A stretch of DNA of 60,544 nucleotides, filler included, from Gonapodya sp. JEL0774 (GCA_027604505.1; 10 parts of 10 records of this genome joined end to end with filler, not necessarily neighbours in it); one strand, 5' to 3'; shown: positions 12,213 to 24,905, numbered from the whole stretch's first letter. The notes: generated by a model from the letters alone, not told the origin. A program made the numbers and translations.

Positions 12213-13619
12213 TGGAAACATTTTCGTGTACGATGTTGAACGCAAGGAGGTTCTGCTCAGGCTCGATGGTAAGACAGATACACGCCTCACTGACTGTCGT
12301 CATCAGCGGTTTCATTCTCCCTCTCAACCGCTTCCCAACCAGGTCACGCTGAAGACGTGAACGCTGTATGCTTTGCAGACGAGTCTACGAATGTGCTCTT
12401 CTCGGGCTCCGACGATTCCTTTGTCAAAGTGTGGGACAGGAGGAGTTTGAGGTCAAATCGTCCCAGTGGAGTATTGATCGGACACACTGAAGGTGAGCGT
12501 TATGTCTTCCGCTCGGATAGAAGTTTTTTTTGGTGGAGCAGCATAATCATTTCCCCCATGCGTTCACTCAAGGTATTACGTATGTGGATACGAAAGGCGA
12601 CGGGCGATATCTCCTCTCCAATTCGAAAGATCAAACTGCAAAGCTCTGGGACGTTAGGCGCATGACGGACGCAGATGACTTCGCGACGAGGTGGCAGTCT
12701 AGGAGAGGACGAGAGGAATTAGATCAACGGGTGGAGTGGGGTAGGTCTCATATCTTGGTGCTGTTGAGATGGTACTGGAGTTCAGCCCTCTTCTCTCCAG
12801 ACTACCGATACATGGAGTACCCTCGTTCGCCCCGGTACCGTCACCCGGAAGACTGCTCCGTCCAGACGTATCGGGGGCACAGAGTTCTGAGAACACTCAT
12901 AAGGGCACGGTTCTCGCCACAGTCATATACAGGCCAACAATATGTTTATGCAGGTAGCGAAGATGGGAAAGTCAGATATTGGGATATTGAGAGGTAAGCT
13001 GGAAACCACATATGGACCTGCTGAAGACCAACCAACCCCGCAAACTCAGTGGTGATGTGGTCAATACCGTGAACGTTGGTGCCGCAACCAAGGCCGACGC
13101 AAACCACAACGACAGTGAGTCTAGAAAGTACACGCGGTCTCGGTACGGTCAGAGGCGTCGTGGAGGATCGGACGGGTGTGTCACCAGAGATGTGAGCATG
13201 CACCCGTACTTGCCGGTCTTGGTGAGCACGAGTTGGTGTGAGTAGACAGATTGGCTTACCCCCCACAGTGCTGGTGATGTGTTCCCATCGCGTAGTAGTT
13301 GATATACCACTTATACTTTCTCAACGTAGGTGGACCCGAGGGCGATGAGGGCGCTGTGGTGGTCCATGGTCCCTCTGATGGCTTTCAGGAGTCAGATAGA
13401 TCGAGTCCGAAGCGGCATTCAGACGGGTCTTCGTCAAGTCCGACGAAGCGTGCTAGAGGAGACGGTGAGGCAGAGGACGAAGAAGGTTGGATGGATGAAG
13501 AGGAGGCAGACACTCAAGGCGGGAATGAATCCGAAGATTCTGACGAGGACTACGTGCCTCCGAGAAGGACGGGGATTCGGGTGGTGCAGAGGGGAGGGCG
13601 GATTTACATCATTCGATGA
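12213..13619 (+). CDS. DCAF11: WD40 protein of the DCAF11/WDR23 (LEC14B) family, 5' end cut by the contig start
   Basis: DVNAVCFADES, SGSDDSFVKVWDRRSL, GHTEGITYVDTKGDGRYLLSNSKDQTAKLWDVR, DYRYMEY, TYRGHRVLRTLIRARFSP..TGQQYVYAGSEDG. Confidence 0.85.
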
Positions 13620-13799
13620 GAGCGGTGAATGTTGATGAGGAAGCCAGAAAACTAAACCTATAATGTGTTTTTAATATACATAATGCTGCTTTTGAGCTCC
13701 GGTGAAGAAACTTGCGGGGACTCTTCAGACTCGCGATGCTTGAGGAGCATGTCCGGAATTTTCCTGAATTCGAAGACACGCAATCACTATAAAACTGAT

Positions 13800-15626
13800 T
13801 CAAAATATTCTAATGTATACCTTCACTGCGAGAAGAACTAACAATGCTACCACCAGAAACAGGAGCCACGGGTGTGCTCCACCTGAGAGAGATCTACTAT
13901 GCTTCAGCGGTTTCACTGTCAGAGCTACCCCAGATCCTGCGTCATCAGCCACCACAGATTTTTCTCCTGAGATTTTGGAATGTACTCGCTGTCGTACTAC
14001 TCCGAGCGTTCGCTTGTCACCGGCCATCCTCTTCGAAGTTCCCACATCCTCGATATCAACTATGCCATTGTCCGCCCTGTCGGTCCTGGAACCGGCAACC
14101 GACCTTCCCTTGGCCACACCCTCCACCACCAACTGTCCACATGCACTCCCAATATCCTGTCCCAACTCCTGTCTCACCATGACGGTCACATCGCAATCCC
14201 TGACAGTCTCCACGAATCTCGTCAGCGAATCCCGCGACGGTGGTAGGTAGCCAGTTTCTCTAGTGATGGATTCGACAGGATTGTAAGGGATTACGTTCAA
14301 CAAAACCCGTCGGCCACGGAGCAGTTCGCCAGTCTGCTTGGCGACATCCATTGAATCGTTCACGTCCTTTATAAGCACGTACTCTACCAACACTCTGCGC
14401 GCTTTATTGCTCGTCATAGGTACCCTTCCATTTCCATTCTGCTGCTCCGCAAACGCGTCCACCGCCTTCAGTATTTTGTCCAGTGCATAACCTTTGGCTG
14501 TAGGTACTATGCGTTCGCGGAGCTCCTGAGTTGGGGCATGCAGAGAAAGGGCGAGTGAAAGGTTTCGGCCGACAGGATGGTGCGAGAGTTGGACGATGCG
14601 GGGAACAAGGCCGACAGTTGAGACTGATATGCGTTTGGGAGAGAGAGCAAGCCTGGGGGCAGCACAAAGTTGATTTAACTCAGTGAGCGCACAAGCTAAC
14701 GAGATCTATTGAACTTATGCGAACCGTTGAGTGTCAACCATGCTTTCGGCCGCGGCGAGAACAGAATCGTAGTTGTCAAGAGGCTCGCCCATACCCATGA
14801 AAACTGTATACGAGCACGAAGGGACGACAGATTGGCACTCAATTTCCGTTCACAGTGCTACAAACATGTGTCTATACGACGACTCACCAACACCTCGAAT
14901 CTGCTCGTACTTTCTCGCATGCCACATTTGCTCCAGAATCTCTCCCGCGGTCAGATCCGCTAGCTTTCCCATAGTTCCCGTAGCACAAAAACGACATCCC
15001 ATTGCGCAACCAACTTGCGAGCTGACACAAAGAGTCGCTCGTTGGTTTGACTTGTACTTTTTCATGACTGGAACGGAAGACGTGGTTGGACGAGATGAGG
15101 CGACCGAGCGCTGGTCGTGGGAGGCCGTATCGTTCCCTTGTTCTTCATCGTCGGAATCGTCAGCTACAATCGCATCCTCTCCTCCCGGTACCTGTCCGTC
15201 CGCATTCACATGGGTCGCATCTGCTGCAGATGCCTTTGCAGCCTTCAGTTTTGCTCTTTCTTCGTCAGGAAAGCTCCGTAGCTCCACTGTACCGTACCGC
15301 ATGATAACACATTCGATCGAAAGTCCGTCTTGTAGCTCAACCAAAAGCTTCGTTGTTGAACCGTCCGAAGCATTTTTCGCGCCGGTGACCTTGGAGGTCG
15401 TCAAGACAAATTCACCGCTTTCAATCACATCGTAAGCTTTTGCGTGGAGCCCTGGGACGAGCTCCCTGACTCGCTGAAGATCGTCCAGTCCCTGCTGCCA
15501 GATGTGCCGGTAAAGCGAGAGCGCATGCTTTTTCGCAGCCTTTCCCACCCCAGCACTCTGAAAGCTTTCGATCAGCAGCTCCTCATCGAGTATACTCTTT
15601 GGGCTGAGCTGTCGTCGGGGTGGCAT
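13800..15626 (-). CDS. RlmN/Cfr-family radical SAM RNA methyltransferase with an acidic insertion and a C-terminal TM anchor (3 exons)
   Basis: [32 protein letters not shown] (CxxxCxxC), [42 protein letters not shown] and [11 protein letters not shown]. Confidence 0.92.
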
Positions 15627-16167
15627 TCTTCGTGGGCGGGTTTTGTGGAAAGAAATAAGATTGGGCGAGCCACCACATCATCGGCAATGCATCACAGCTC
15701 ACCTCAAGTGTAAATCCAGCCTGAACCGTGCGCACTTTCAAAGCTGGCACGGACAGGTCAGGTTCCAAGGTGCGATTACGTTTGACGAATAGTGGGAAAT
15801 CAGAGGACAGTAAAATTGTGTAAAGGCGCGGGCACTAGAGAAGCGCTGGTTGCAGCAATAGTGCTTTCATCGGAAACAAAGTGTGGTTTTACGTGCGCAT
15901 GATAAAAACTCATGCGCAACGTCCAGCCAACTGTGCTAGTTCAAAAATGATACTAACTGCGTCACCTGCGTCTACAACAGAAAAGCTCAAAGCATGGCAA
16001 CTACGCTCGCGAAAATAGGTATTGTTGGGTAAAGGCGTTGGTTTCATACGCTACGACAAGTGCTCAGCTAAGACAAATAAAACTGACCACGTGGAGTTCC
16101 ACGCACTCACGAGGACCCGCCGGCAGCAAGTTAGGCAGCATCTGTATCCCACTAACCCCACAAGGCG

Positions 16168-17160
16168 TTACGACACTTCCATGACACCCACGGCATCCTG
16201 CACGACCAGTACAAACTTGATGTCGTCTTTGCCGCACAAAAGCTTGTGTGTGACCCAGTCCTGCTGCTGACACGCTTGGCTGCAGTACCGCGCCAGCTTG
16301 CAGTGCGGCAAATGCACGGGCGCGGGGTGATGGGCTTGGGTATGTCGATGTCGACGAGCATCTATCTGTTCGGCATCATCGTCGCCCACCCGGGTTTATC
16401 TTTTCTTTGCGCAGTTGGAACAGGTACGAACGCTCAGAGCTGACTTTGTTTGGCCGACGGGACATCCCATGCGGCAGCACACGAGGGAAAACCATTTAGC
16501 GTCCCGTCCACCGCGCGTGCGGAATTCGAGTTGGGACCAGGTGAGGAAATGGTAGAGTTCTTGCGCGAGTTCGTCGGAGGAGGCAGAAGGCGGGGACTCC
16601 CCCGAGCGGCGGCTTTTCAGACGAGCGTTGTAGGGTGGGATGATATTACGGCGGTGATAGCGTCCCAGGCTGCTGGTCCAGATGACAGGCCTCAGGGGTG
16701 CATCACGAATGGCAGCGATTCCGTCCGGTGTGTCTAGCGCCACAGCAAGGTTAAGCACTGTCTTCAGGAAAGGAGACTCTCGCTAAATGATCCGGGCAGT
16801 GAGGTCCGAATTGTGGTTGAAGAGGTCCCACGAGACACCGAGGATCTTCACGGCACGAGGAAGAAAATAGGCAGGGGGGCGGGACTGCGGGTCAATTACC
16901 TTCCCGGACAGCCTGTTCTCCAGGAAATCGAGGTGCTGAAACCAGCTGTTGAGCAGGCATGGCGACATGCCCATGTTCAAGTACATCTGGCGCAAATATA
17001 GGAACAGTACGACGACTGTTTTGCGCATTGAGCATCTCCATTTTGGTTGCCTGACGAGAAGGAGGAAGATGCTGGAGTCTTTGAGAACTGATATCGGGTG
17101 TAGAGTGGTACATAACGAGGCACAGGGCAACAAAAGAGCGATTCCAAGATGGGATATCTT
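16168..17160 (-). pseudogene. Disrupted MYND zinc-finger protein gene
   Basis: CSNCAKK...PCIC/PHCKLARYCSQACQQQDWVTHKLLC is a MYND pattern split across frames. There is an in-frame TAG at 16783-16785, and further stops or frameshifts lie near 16310-16400. The 5' limit is approximate. Confidence 0.6.
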
Positions 17161-17858
17161 GTAGGAGAACGCACTTGAGAAGGCAGAAAACAAGAGAAAT
17201 CACGTGGAACGCGCGAGAAGAGCGCCGGTGCCAATGGGAAAGATGGGAAGGTGAAGGTGCGTTTGGAAGGGTGCGTGCCCGATCGGATGTTTGACCGCAG
17301 AGGTATCAGGTTGGTTTCCATCGTGGGAATAAAATTTTTTGCCCCTGAGAAGGTTTTGACAAAATGTCGGACAATCTTTGAGACTTCGACTGTCTTGCTA
17401 CAGCATTGCGTGAGGTACAGAGCGGAGTGTGGTTACTCCTGTAGTGGTGGACACGCTCTCTTGCTAGAGAACTTCGCAGGGAACAATGCTTCAAACAGCG
17501 ACGCGATTGTGGACATGATATTCGCAGCTTCTGTTGTTTTGGAATCTCAGCCGCACTGCGTTACGGACGTACTGTTGGAATATTCGATTCATTGGAAGAT
17601 TACTCGCCGACCCATTTGACACCACAAAAAATCTCAAATCAGACGTGTGAGATGTCTACATCTAACGAGATCCGACGTAACGATATCTGGCCTCCCAAAA
17701 ACGCATCGACGAGAAACGATAACGAGGGTGTACCAGCATAGCTTTCACCTTCCGGGTAACATACAACTGTCGTTAATGAAATATCATTACAGAGTGTGGC
17801 ACTACACATTGGCTCGTCCGACGAATTAAGTACAAAATTAAGATTTACAACCAGGTAC

Positions 17859-18213
17859 TCAAACTGCGACAAAGAGCTTCAACCCGGTAATCTTGAGCCT
17901 CATGACGATGAAGATGAAGGCGGATACCAGCCAGATTACACCAGTGTAGACTTGCACGCTCTTGTAATCCTGCGTGTATCCAACGGGTGAGTAGGGGTCG
18001 TAGTAGGTGTTCGCGTCAAGGAGTCGGCCGCCGATGTAGTTTCCGAACACAGAGCCTATGACGTGACGGTGGACAGCACGTCAGCGAAGGACCCAGCGGA
18101 TCACTAAAAAGTGGCTTCAAATACTTTGGTGAAGCTACTCACCGAGGGTCAGAGACATGAACATGACTCCGAGCTTGGTCGCCGCTGCATCCGCACCCCA
18201 GATGGAAGGGACG
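17859..18213 (-). CDS. 3' end of an MFS (MCT-like) transporter
   Basis: VPSIWGADAAATKLGVMFMSLTL/GSVFGNYIGGRLLD...YKSVQVYTGVIWLVSAFIFIVMRLKITG, the last TM helices. Confidence 0.7.
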
Positions 18214-18313
18214 NNNNNNNNNNNNNNNNNNNNNNNNNNNNNNNNNNNNNNNNNNNNTTAATTAATTAANNNNNNNNNNNNNNNNNNNNNNNNNNNNNNN
18301 NNNNNNNNNNNNN
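18214..18313. other. Artificial contig spacer
   Basis: N44-TTAATTAATTAA-N44. Confidence 0.99.
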
Positions 18314-18432
18314 GGGGCCGCGGGCGGCGGCCGGCCCCCCCGGCCCCCCCGCGCCCCCCCCCCCCGCCCCCCCCGCCGCCCCCCCCGCCGCCGGGGGGGC
18401 GGCCGGGGGGGGGGGGGGTGCGGTGCGGTGCG
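18314..18432. repeat. G/C homopolymer-rich low-complexity tract at the contig edge
   Basis: Runs of C and G followed by (GGTGC)n. Confidence 0.8.
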
Positions 18433-18737
18433 GAACGGTGGGTCAGCGACTCGCACACGGGACGGGCCGGGAGAGAGCGGCTCGAGCTACAGGGGTACGC
18501 GAAAAGAATGGAGCCCAGACCACACACGGGACAAGGCAACGTGGGATGTGGGATCCACATCCGGACCTCGGTGAACGGGTTTGCCACGGAGGGGTCGCTC
18601 CGTTCGGCAGAGATATGCCTGCTCGTGCCATCGACACTCTGCACTCTGGGATGCGGGCACATCGGCACACGTCACGGGTAACCATCCCGACCAAACCAAC
18701 CCCCAAACCCCCCACCACCAGCCGCCCCCCAACCCAC

Positions 18738-20168
18738 CTTCAAAAACACCATCATGTACCACTCCACCTTCACCTCCCCCTTTCCCTCCCCATTCCCTTG
18801 TCCCTCCCTCTCCGCCATGAGCTGGACCACCCTCTTCATGACCGCGGCGTGTCGACAGGGATGCACGCCCACCCAACTCCCCGCCACCCCGCCGCCTGCC
18901 TCGTGCGGATGCGCCTCCACGGTGACGGTCTTGTGCGCGTGGTCGGCAGATACGTCGGCGAAGATGGACAGGGGGGGTAAGGGGGTGCCCGAGGGGGAGT
19001 AGCCAGAGAGGTACAGGCGGGGGGTGCGGTAGTAGGCGTCGTAGGTGATGCTGGGGAGGGGTGGAGGGGGAGGGGAGAGGGGAGAGGGAAGGGCATGGAG
19101 GGGGGGCGGGGGGAGGGTTTGTGAGGAGAGGAGGGGTGGACATATTGTGGGGTGTCGGAGAACAGGTATCCGACAGACGCTGCCCGCCAGTCTGCGACCA
19201 GTCCAGCTCGCCCTGCTTGCCTCCGACCAGCGCGGCCCAACTCGGTCTGCCCATCTCTGCCCATCCCCCACCAACAGCCTCCCACCCAACCAAACTCACC
19301 TAATATCATACGTCCTGGTCTTCAAAATATTCCCACTCCCTTCCCCGTCGCCCTCCCCGTCCCCGTCTCCGCCCGTGCCCTGCTGTGCCGCCGTCGGCAA
19401 CGTGCCCGCGTCCTGTGGCGGCTGGACCCCGCCGAGGCCGAACTCTGCCGGGTCCAGGTCGAGCTCGTCTTCGATGTCGGGGATGTCGTCGATGTGGGGT
19501 CGGTCGGGGGCACCTGTCACCACAAGCGCGGGTGTGGAGGTGGAAGGGGGTTTTGGGGACGGGGTGGGGGCAACGGGAGCGGGAGGGGCGCCACTGGCGG
19601 TGTCGGTGTCGTCGATGTCTGCGTCGACGGGCACGGAGTGGGCCGAGGTATGACCGACGTGTGTCTCGACCCAGTCGTCTTGGTCGTCGTTTGGTGTGGA
19701 TGTGAGGGGCGGGGAGGTGGTGGTGGATTCAGCCGGGTCGGTACCGGTACTCGATCCGGATGGATGTGCATGTTGATCACCGTGACCGAGAACCGAGTCC
19801 AAGGTAAGAATACGCTCTGCCCCACCACCATACTCCTGTTCGATCTCCCAGACGCGTTTCCTACATGGCACCTGTCTTGTAACGAGATACTGCTTGTCGC
19901 TGGGCAAGTAGTGTCTCCTCTTGTTCTCTGCGCCCGCCGCCCAGTGCCATGTGGGACACTTGTCGACCAAGAAATCGCCAGCGCGGACGAACTCATCGGG
20001 AGTGATTGTGCCCGTTGTGGAGAAGGAGGACTCGGTTGGGAGTGGAGCCAGGTGTTGGCGGACAGCGTGAAGGGCGGAGTGCGCAGAGTTGTACAGTGAC
20101 GTCAGCACTGAGGGCGACGCAGGAGGCGGTGCTGTGGTGGGGGGGACACTGGGGGGTGGTGACGTCAT
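18738..20168 (-). CDS. ATG3: Autophagy E2-like enzyme Atg3; the final exon was not located
   Basis: SFSTTGTITPDEFVRAGDFLVDKCPTWHW, YLPSDKQYLVTRQVPC, RTYDI/SITYDAYYRTPRLYLSGY, catalytic VHPCRHAAVMK and YMMVFLK. Confidence 0.95.
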
Positions 20169-20357
20169 TGCCGGGGCAAATTCAATTTATTTGGATATTG
20201 GGGTGGTAGTGATTGAGTGGCAGAACAGAGGGTGCCTATGCTGTGGTCGGTACAAATTACTCGCTTCACTTACTCCCACCACGCACGGCCACCTGTGGTC
20301 ATCCCCACACCTGATTCCCGATTCCGCCTCTCGTTATCTTCAACACAAGACACGACC

Positions 20358-22062
20358 ATGCACCCATCGACTGTCTCCCACTTCAGATCGATTCCAAACA
20401 GCGAGTGTCTCCCTCTGTCTCCCACTTCACAATTCCCGCTTTCTTTCCCATTTTTCAATTCAATTGCAATTGCGTCTCCTTGATCCCCCCTCCCCCCCTT
20501 CCAGAACTCTCCCTCTTCCATTCCCCCTCCCACTCACACAATCCCATCTCCTCTTATTTCTTTCTCTTCTCCCGTTTCTCATTCCGCAGCTCCCATCCTC
20601 CACAATATCCCCATCCCCATACTCGATCTGCACCTCACAGTACTGCACCAACAACCACTCCCTCTCTCCGCTCCTTCCTCCCCCGCCTCTTCCACTTCTT
20701 CCCATCCCGCACTTACGCCAGACAGTCTTGGTATCCTAATTCCCCTCCCTCTTCCCCTCCTCCACGAACCGGACTCCAACTTCGATATCTTCCTTCCTCC
20801 CTCTCGAACCTCCGCGCGACCATCCGCCGATACACCCGACCTTTCTACAACAACAACTCCGTCCTCTACATCGTCATCGGCATCAACACGGCGGTGTTCT
20901 TGGCGTGGACGTGAGTTTTTTCCAACTTTCGGATATATCAACCCCGTCCGCGTTTTCGTTCTTACATGTAATGATCACAAACACGCCTCACCTCTTCCCT
21001 CCCCCCTTACCCCCCCCGGCCCCCCCACCTCAAAGCTACTCCACCTCCACCTACCGCAATCTAGGCGACCCCACGGCGCTCAACTTCATGACGCGCAACT
21101 TCATGTGCAGCTGGAACAGCACCGTGGTCCAGGGGAGGTGGTGGACCGCGGTCACGGCGGGCGTGAGCCATATGGAGGTGGGTTGGGCCGGGGGGGATGG
21201 GAATGGGTGTAGGGAGGGACGGAGTGCGGAGGAGGATGTTCGGATGCTTGACGTACCGGTCGACCCGACCACCCTTGTCGGAGTACATTGGAGTGCGTCG
21301 GAGGCTGCAATCCGCATGCTTGACCGATCCAACCGACCCACCACCTCCCACCTCCCCCCCACGGACCCCCACGCACCCCGCCTACCAGCCCTGGCACTTC
21401 GCCATCAACATGTTCGTCCTATGGAGTTTCGGAAAGGGGGTGAGTCGTGCCTTGGTCTCCCGTCGTCTCTTGGTTTCCTTCGTTCCTGTATCGTCCGTCT
21501 GTCCCTCCCCTCGTCCCAACGACTTCCTTCCCGCTTCCTACCTCCGCCCCACCCCCTGACCCCCTCCTTCCCCAGGTCCTTTCCGCCCTCTCCCCGGGCC
21601 CCTTCCTCTCGCTCTACCTCCTGTCCGCCCTCTCGACCTCCGTCACCCACATACTCTACAACCGGTACATGTACCCCGGGTCCGGGCCACAGGGAAGGAA
21701 CGCTGCGGCGCTCGGTGCCAGTGGAAGCGTGATGGCCATGACGGTGGTTTTTGCCATGATGTGGCCTGGGACGACGATCTATGTGTGTGAGTTGAGCGAA
21801 CCGACCTGCGATATGTTCACGCGACCCTTTTCTGTTTGCTCACACACCCCTCAACCCCCCTTCTCCCCACACCCCACACCCCCAACCCCCAGACTTCCTC
21901 CCCCTCCCGGCCCCCCTCGCAGCCCTCCTCTTCGTCTCCTACGACCTGTACCGCACCGTGCGCGGGACGGGCGGACGGACCGCGACGGCGGGGCATCTCG
22001 GAGGCGCGGCGGCGGGCGCGGCGTATTATTGGGGGTGGGTGAGGAAGGGGGCGAGGCGGTAG
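20358..22062 (+). CDS. Rhomboid intramembrane serine protease (PARL/Pcp1-like); start uncertain
   Basis: IGINTAVFLAW, RWWTAVTAGVSHME, HFAINMFVLWSFG, catalytic LGASGSV and AGHLGGAAAG. Stop TAG at 22060-22062. Confidence 0.88.
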
Positions 22063-22790
22063 AAGGGGCGGGGTTAGGGGAGATGGGAGATGGAGAGGGT
22101 GTGCGGGCGGCGGGGGGGGGACGGCGTCCGTGGTGTGGAGTGGTGGTGGGATCATGGACATTTGCTGTAATAAATTGTACACAATGTGATAATTGGGTGG
22201 TGGGAGAAGTCGCGTCCGTTGGGCTCCACATCTGATGATCACGGCTGATGATCGCGCCACACGGACGGCACACTGGGTGTCCCGTCCCTTCCCTCCGCCC
22301 ACCACCGCTCCATGTCCAGGCGATGCGGGGATCCACATACGCATTCGAAACGCGTCCTGCGCTTTGTCCCCCGACGTATAAAATGACCGGGAAGAAGAAG
22401 AGTCTGGAGGAGGTGAAAGGACCGTCATCCATGTCGCCGAAAAGTCTTGGCGCGAACCACCCAGAACCGTTCTCAAGAACAGGGGGGAAAAAATAAGCCT
22501 CCGGTATATGTAACAAGTTCAGCCAGTAACTCTTCTTCACGAAAATCAAAGGGCGACGGGACCTGAACGAGTTCGCGGGCTCAGGAACTGAACTGCAATC
22601 GACGTGCAAACCCGACCGTCGGCATCATCACTTTATTATACCCCACGCCCCATTTTCATTTCATTCGCTCTGCTCTGATGGATCGCAACGGGACCGCTGG
22701 TGAGGTCGTGGCCACGAGTACAGTGAGTTGATGTTAACAGGTCCACGTCGGTGACCCACGCCGTACCGCTTCGTGTGAATGCAAATGCAT

Positions 22791-24286
22791 ATGGCTGACA
22801 AACGTACTACGCGTAAACCCCCCTCGGCCACGCCGAAAATTTTCATTTGCTCGTTGACACCCCCCCCCCCTCCGCCCATACTCAGCACGACTTGCCCGAC
22901 CCCACCACGACAACAACACATTTGGTCTCCACCGCCGCACCCGCCCCGTCAACCGCCACGCTGGTCGCCGCAGCCGACACCGTCCAGCGAGGTGAGACCG
23001 GGTCCACCCACACCGGCCCGTCCACCGCCACCGCCACCGCCGCGGGGAGCAAAAAGGGCCACGACGGCGCCACCACGTCGGGGGGCAACAAGGACGACGA
23101 CGGCGACGAGTCGACCTACGACGACGATGCGGCGAGGCGAGAGGCGATGGCCAGGATGCCGTGGTATGGGAGGAAGAGGGTCAGGGAGTTTATTGGAAGA
23201 GAGGCGTTTCACAACACCATCATCGGGCTGGTTATTTTCGAGTGAGTGGGCGTGGCAAGAGGGTTAAAGGGGCGGGAATGGTGTTGTCGTTAATATGAGG
23301 GGATCGTGACTCACATACGTACAACGCACCTCGCCCCGCAAACGCATCGTCGCTCCACGCCCTACCCCACCAACCCAGCCTTGTCCTCGTCTTCATCGAG
23401 CTCATCATCGCCATCCTCTCCTCCTGCACTCCTGTTCTGGCGGAACAAGAACTCTCAGAAGGCTCCGCCGCCGACGTGATCGCCAGCGGTGAGCCTAGTA
23501 CAGGAGACGGCGTGGTCGCTGCCGTGGTGAACGCCACCGCAATCGCCACCTGCACGCCCACGCTCACCGAGAACCCGTCGCTCGAGTTCGCCAAGATCTT
23601 CTTGTTCGGCGTGTCGGTCACCATACTGTGCATTTTCACCGTCGAGATAACCGTCAACATTTACGCGAAAGGGTTCAGGGTCTGGGTCAAGTCGATCGTC
23701 ACGACTATCGACGCGGCAATCGTGATCTCGTCGTTGGGTGAGTGGGGGCTGATCATCACCACAACACTGTTTTAGCCGTGCTGATTCTCACCACTCCACC
23801 GGTACCGGACCCATGCAACTCTTTGCGACCACTGTCAACACACAAGCTATGGAACTCGGATTCAAGTTCAGCGGACTGGAGGACAAACAAGGTGGTGCCA
23901 GCGGTGCCATCGTGGTGCTTCGAGTGTGGAAAATCGTGCGGGCCATGCACGCGGTGGCGCATTCGATCGAGATGAGGGTGAGTTTTTGGGCGATGGCCGT
24001 TCGTGTCGGTGAGAAGCGAAGTGGTTCTGAGCGCACGACCCGTCTGCTCCAAACGACCCACGTAGAATCAACACGTCATCCACGCGATCCGCAACGCCAT
24101 GAAATCCACCAACACCCTCACCGCCGAGATCGTCACCGTGTACCTCGCCCAGCGGAAAGAGTTCTTTCGGCTGCACTCGGCCTTACTCTTGGCCACTGCT
24201 GACCCCACCGCAGACGCTGCGTCGGCGGCTCGGGTCCCCCTCATCGCCGCGGAAATGCCCTCGGTCTTCCGAGCCGTGGACGCGCA
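22791..24286 (+). CDS. HVCN1: Voltage-gated proton channel (Hv1-like); start approximate, 3' end cut by the contig end
   Basis: Spliced S1 IIGLVIFDLVLVFIELII keeps the Asp/Glu pair. S2 ILCIFTVEI, S3 IDAAIVISSL, S4 IVVLRVWKIVRAMH. No pore domain is seen before the C-terminal helix. Confidence 0.8.
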
Positions 24287-24386
24287 NNNNNNNNNNNNNN
24301 NNNNNNNNNNNNNNNNNNNNNNNNNNNNNNTTAATTAATTAANNNNNNNNNNNNNNNNNNNNNNNNNNNNNNNNNNNNNNNNNNNN
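24287..24386. other. Artificial contig spacer
   Basis: N44-TTAATTAATTAA-N44. Confidence 0.99.
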
Positions 24387-24905
24387 ATGAAACGGTATAC
24401 TCATCAGTCTCGGACGATTTCCACTTTCTGCAATCAAGCTCTACATGGCTTTCCGGCTACTGCTAGCCATCGGGCTCAAGGTACGTAGTACTGCGACCGT
24501 TTATTCAGGATGCGACGTTGTTGTTGAACTTTAAGACGCACACACCAAACTACAATGTCACTACAGCTGGCAATTACCTCTCGTGAATCTCAAGTGGTGG
24601 TTTGGAACAACGGCACTTGCTTTCGAACGTCCTATCACATTCTTGTTCCAAAGGACTTTCACAGCACGAGCGTTGCCCCTTGGCAAGGCCGGATACTCAT
24701 CCGTATGAAATTCGACGACCAAGGGCGCATCTATGACTCTGCAATTTTTGCTGAGCGGATGGCGGAGCTGGATACGTTGATAGGACACCTTATGGACCAG
24801 CCAGGGGTAGAGGATCTTCTCCTGCAAAGCAGAATTCGCTTGCAAAACGTTCCCTTTGGTACACTTATGAGACATCTGGAAGATTTGGAGGTATGGGTGG
24901 ACTAG
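24387..24905 (+). CDS. Probable 3' part of a hypothetical protein
   Basis: 116-aa ORF with globular-looking composition and a likely intron near 24481-24536. No recognised motif. Confidence 0.35.

Noticed and set aside
16168..16800. TAG read-through or a reassigned genetic code suggested by in-frame TAGs in the MYND gene
   Set aside because: Intact genes here (Ssu72, the MCT transporter, the rhomboid) end at TAG in the expected place, and frameshifts co-occur, so pseudogenisation is the simpler explanation.
18258..18700. Gly/Pro-rich ORFs and a possible G-quadruplex element at the contig edge
   Set aside because: Homopolymer-rich terminal sequence of doubtful quality; the ORFs run into Ns and carry no motif.
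19045..22609. Many long overlapping antisense or alternative-frame ORFs
   Set aside because: These are expected shadows of GC-rich coding sequence opposite ATG3 and the rhomboid gene. The same applies to 29368-30267 and 44877-45548.
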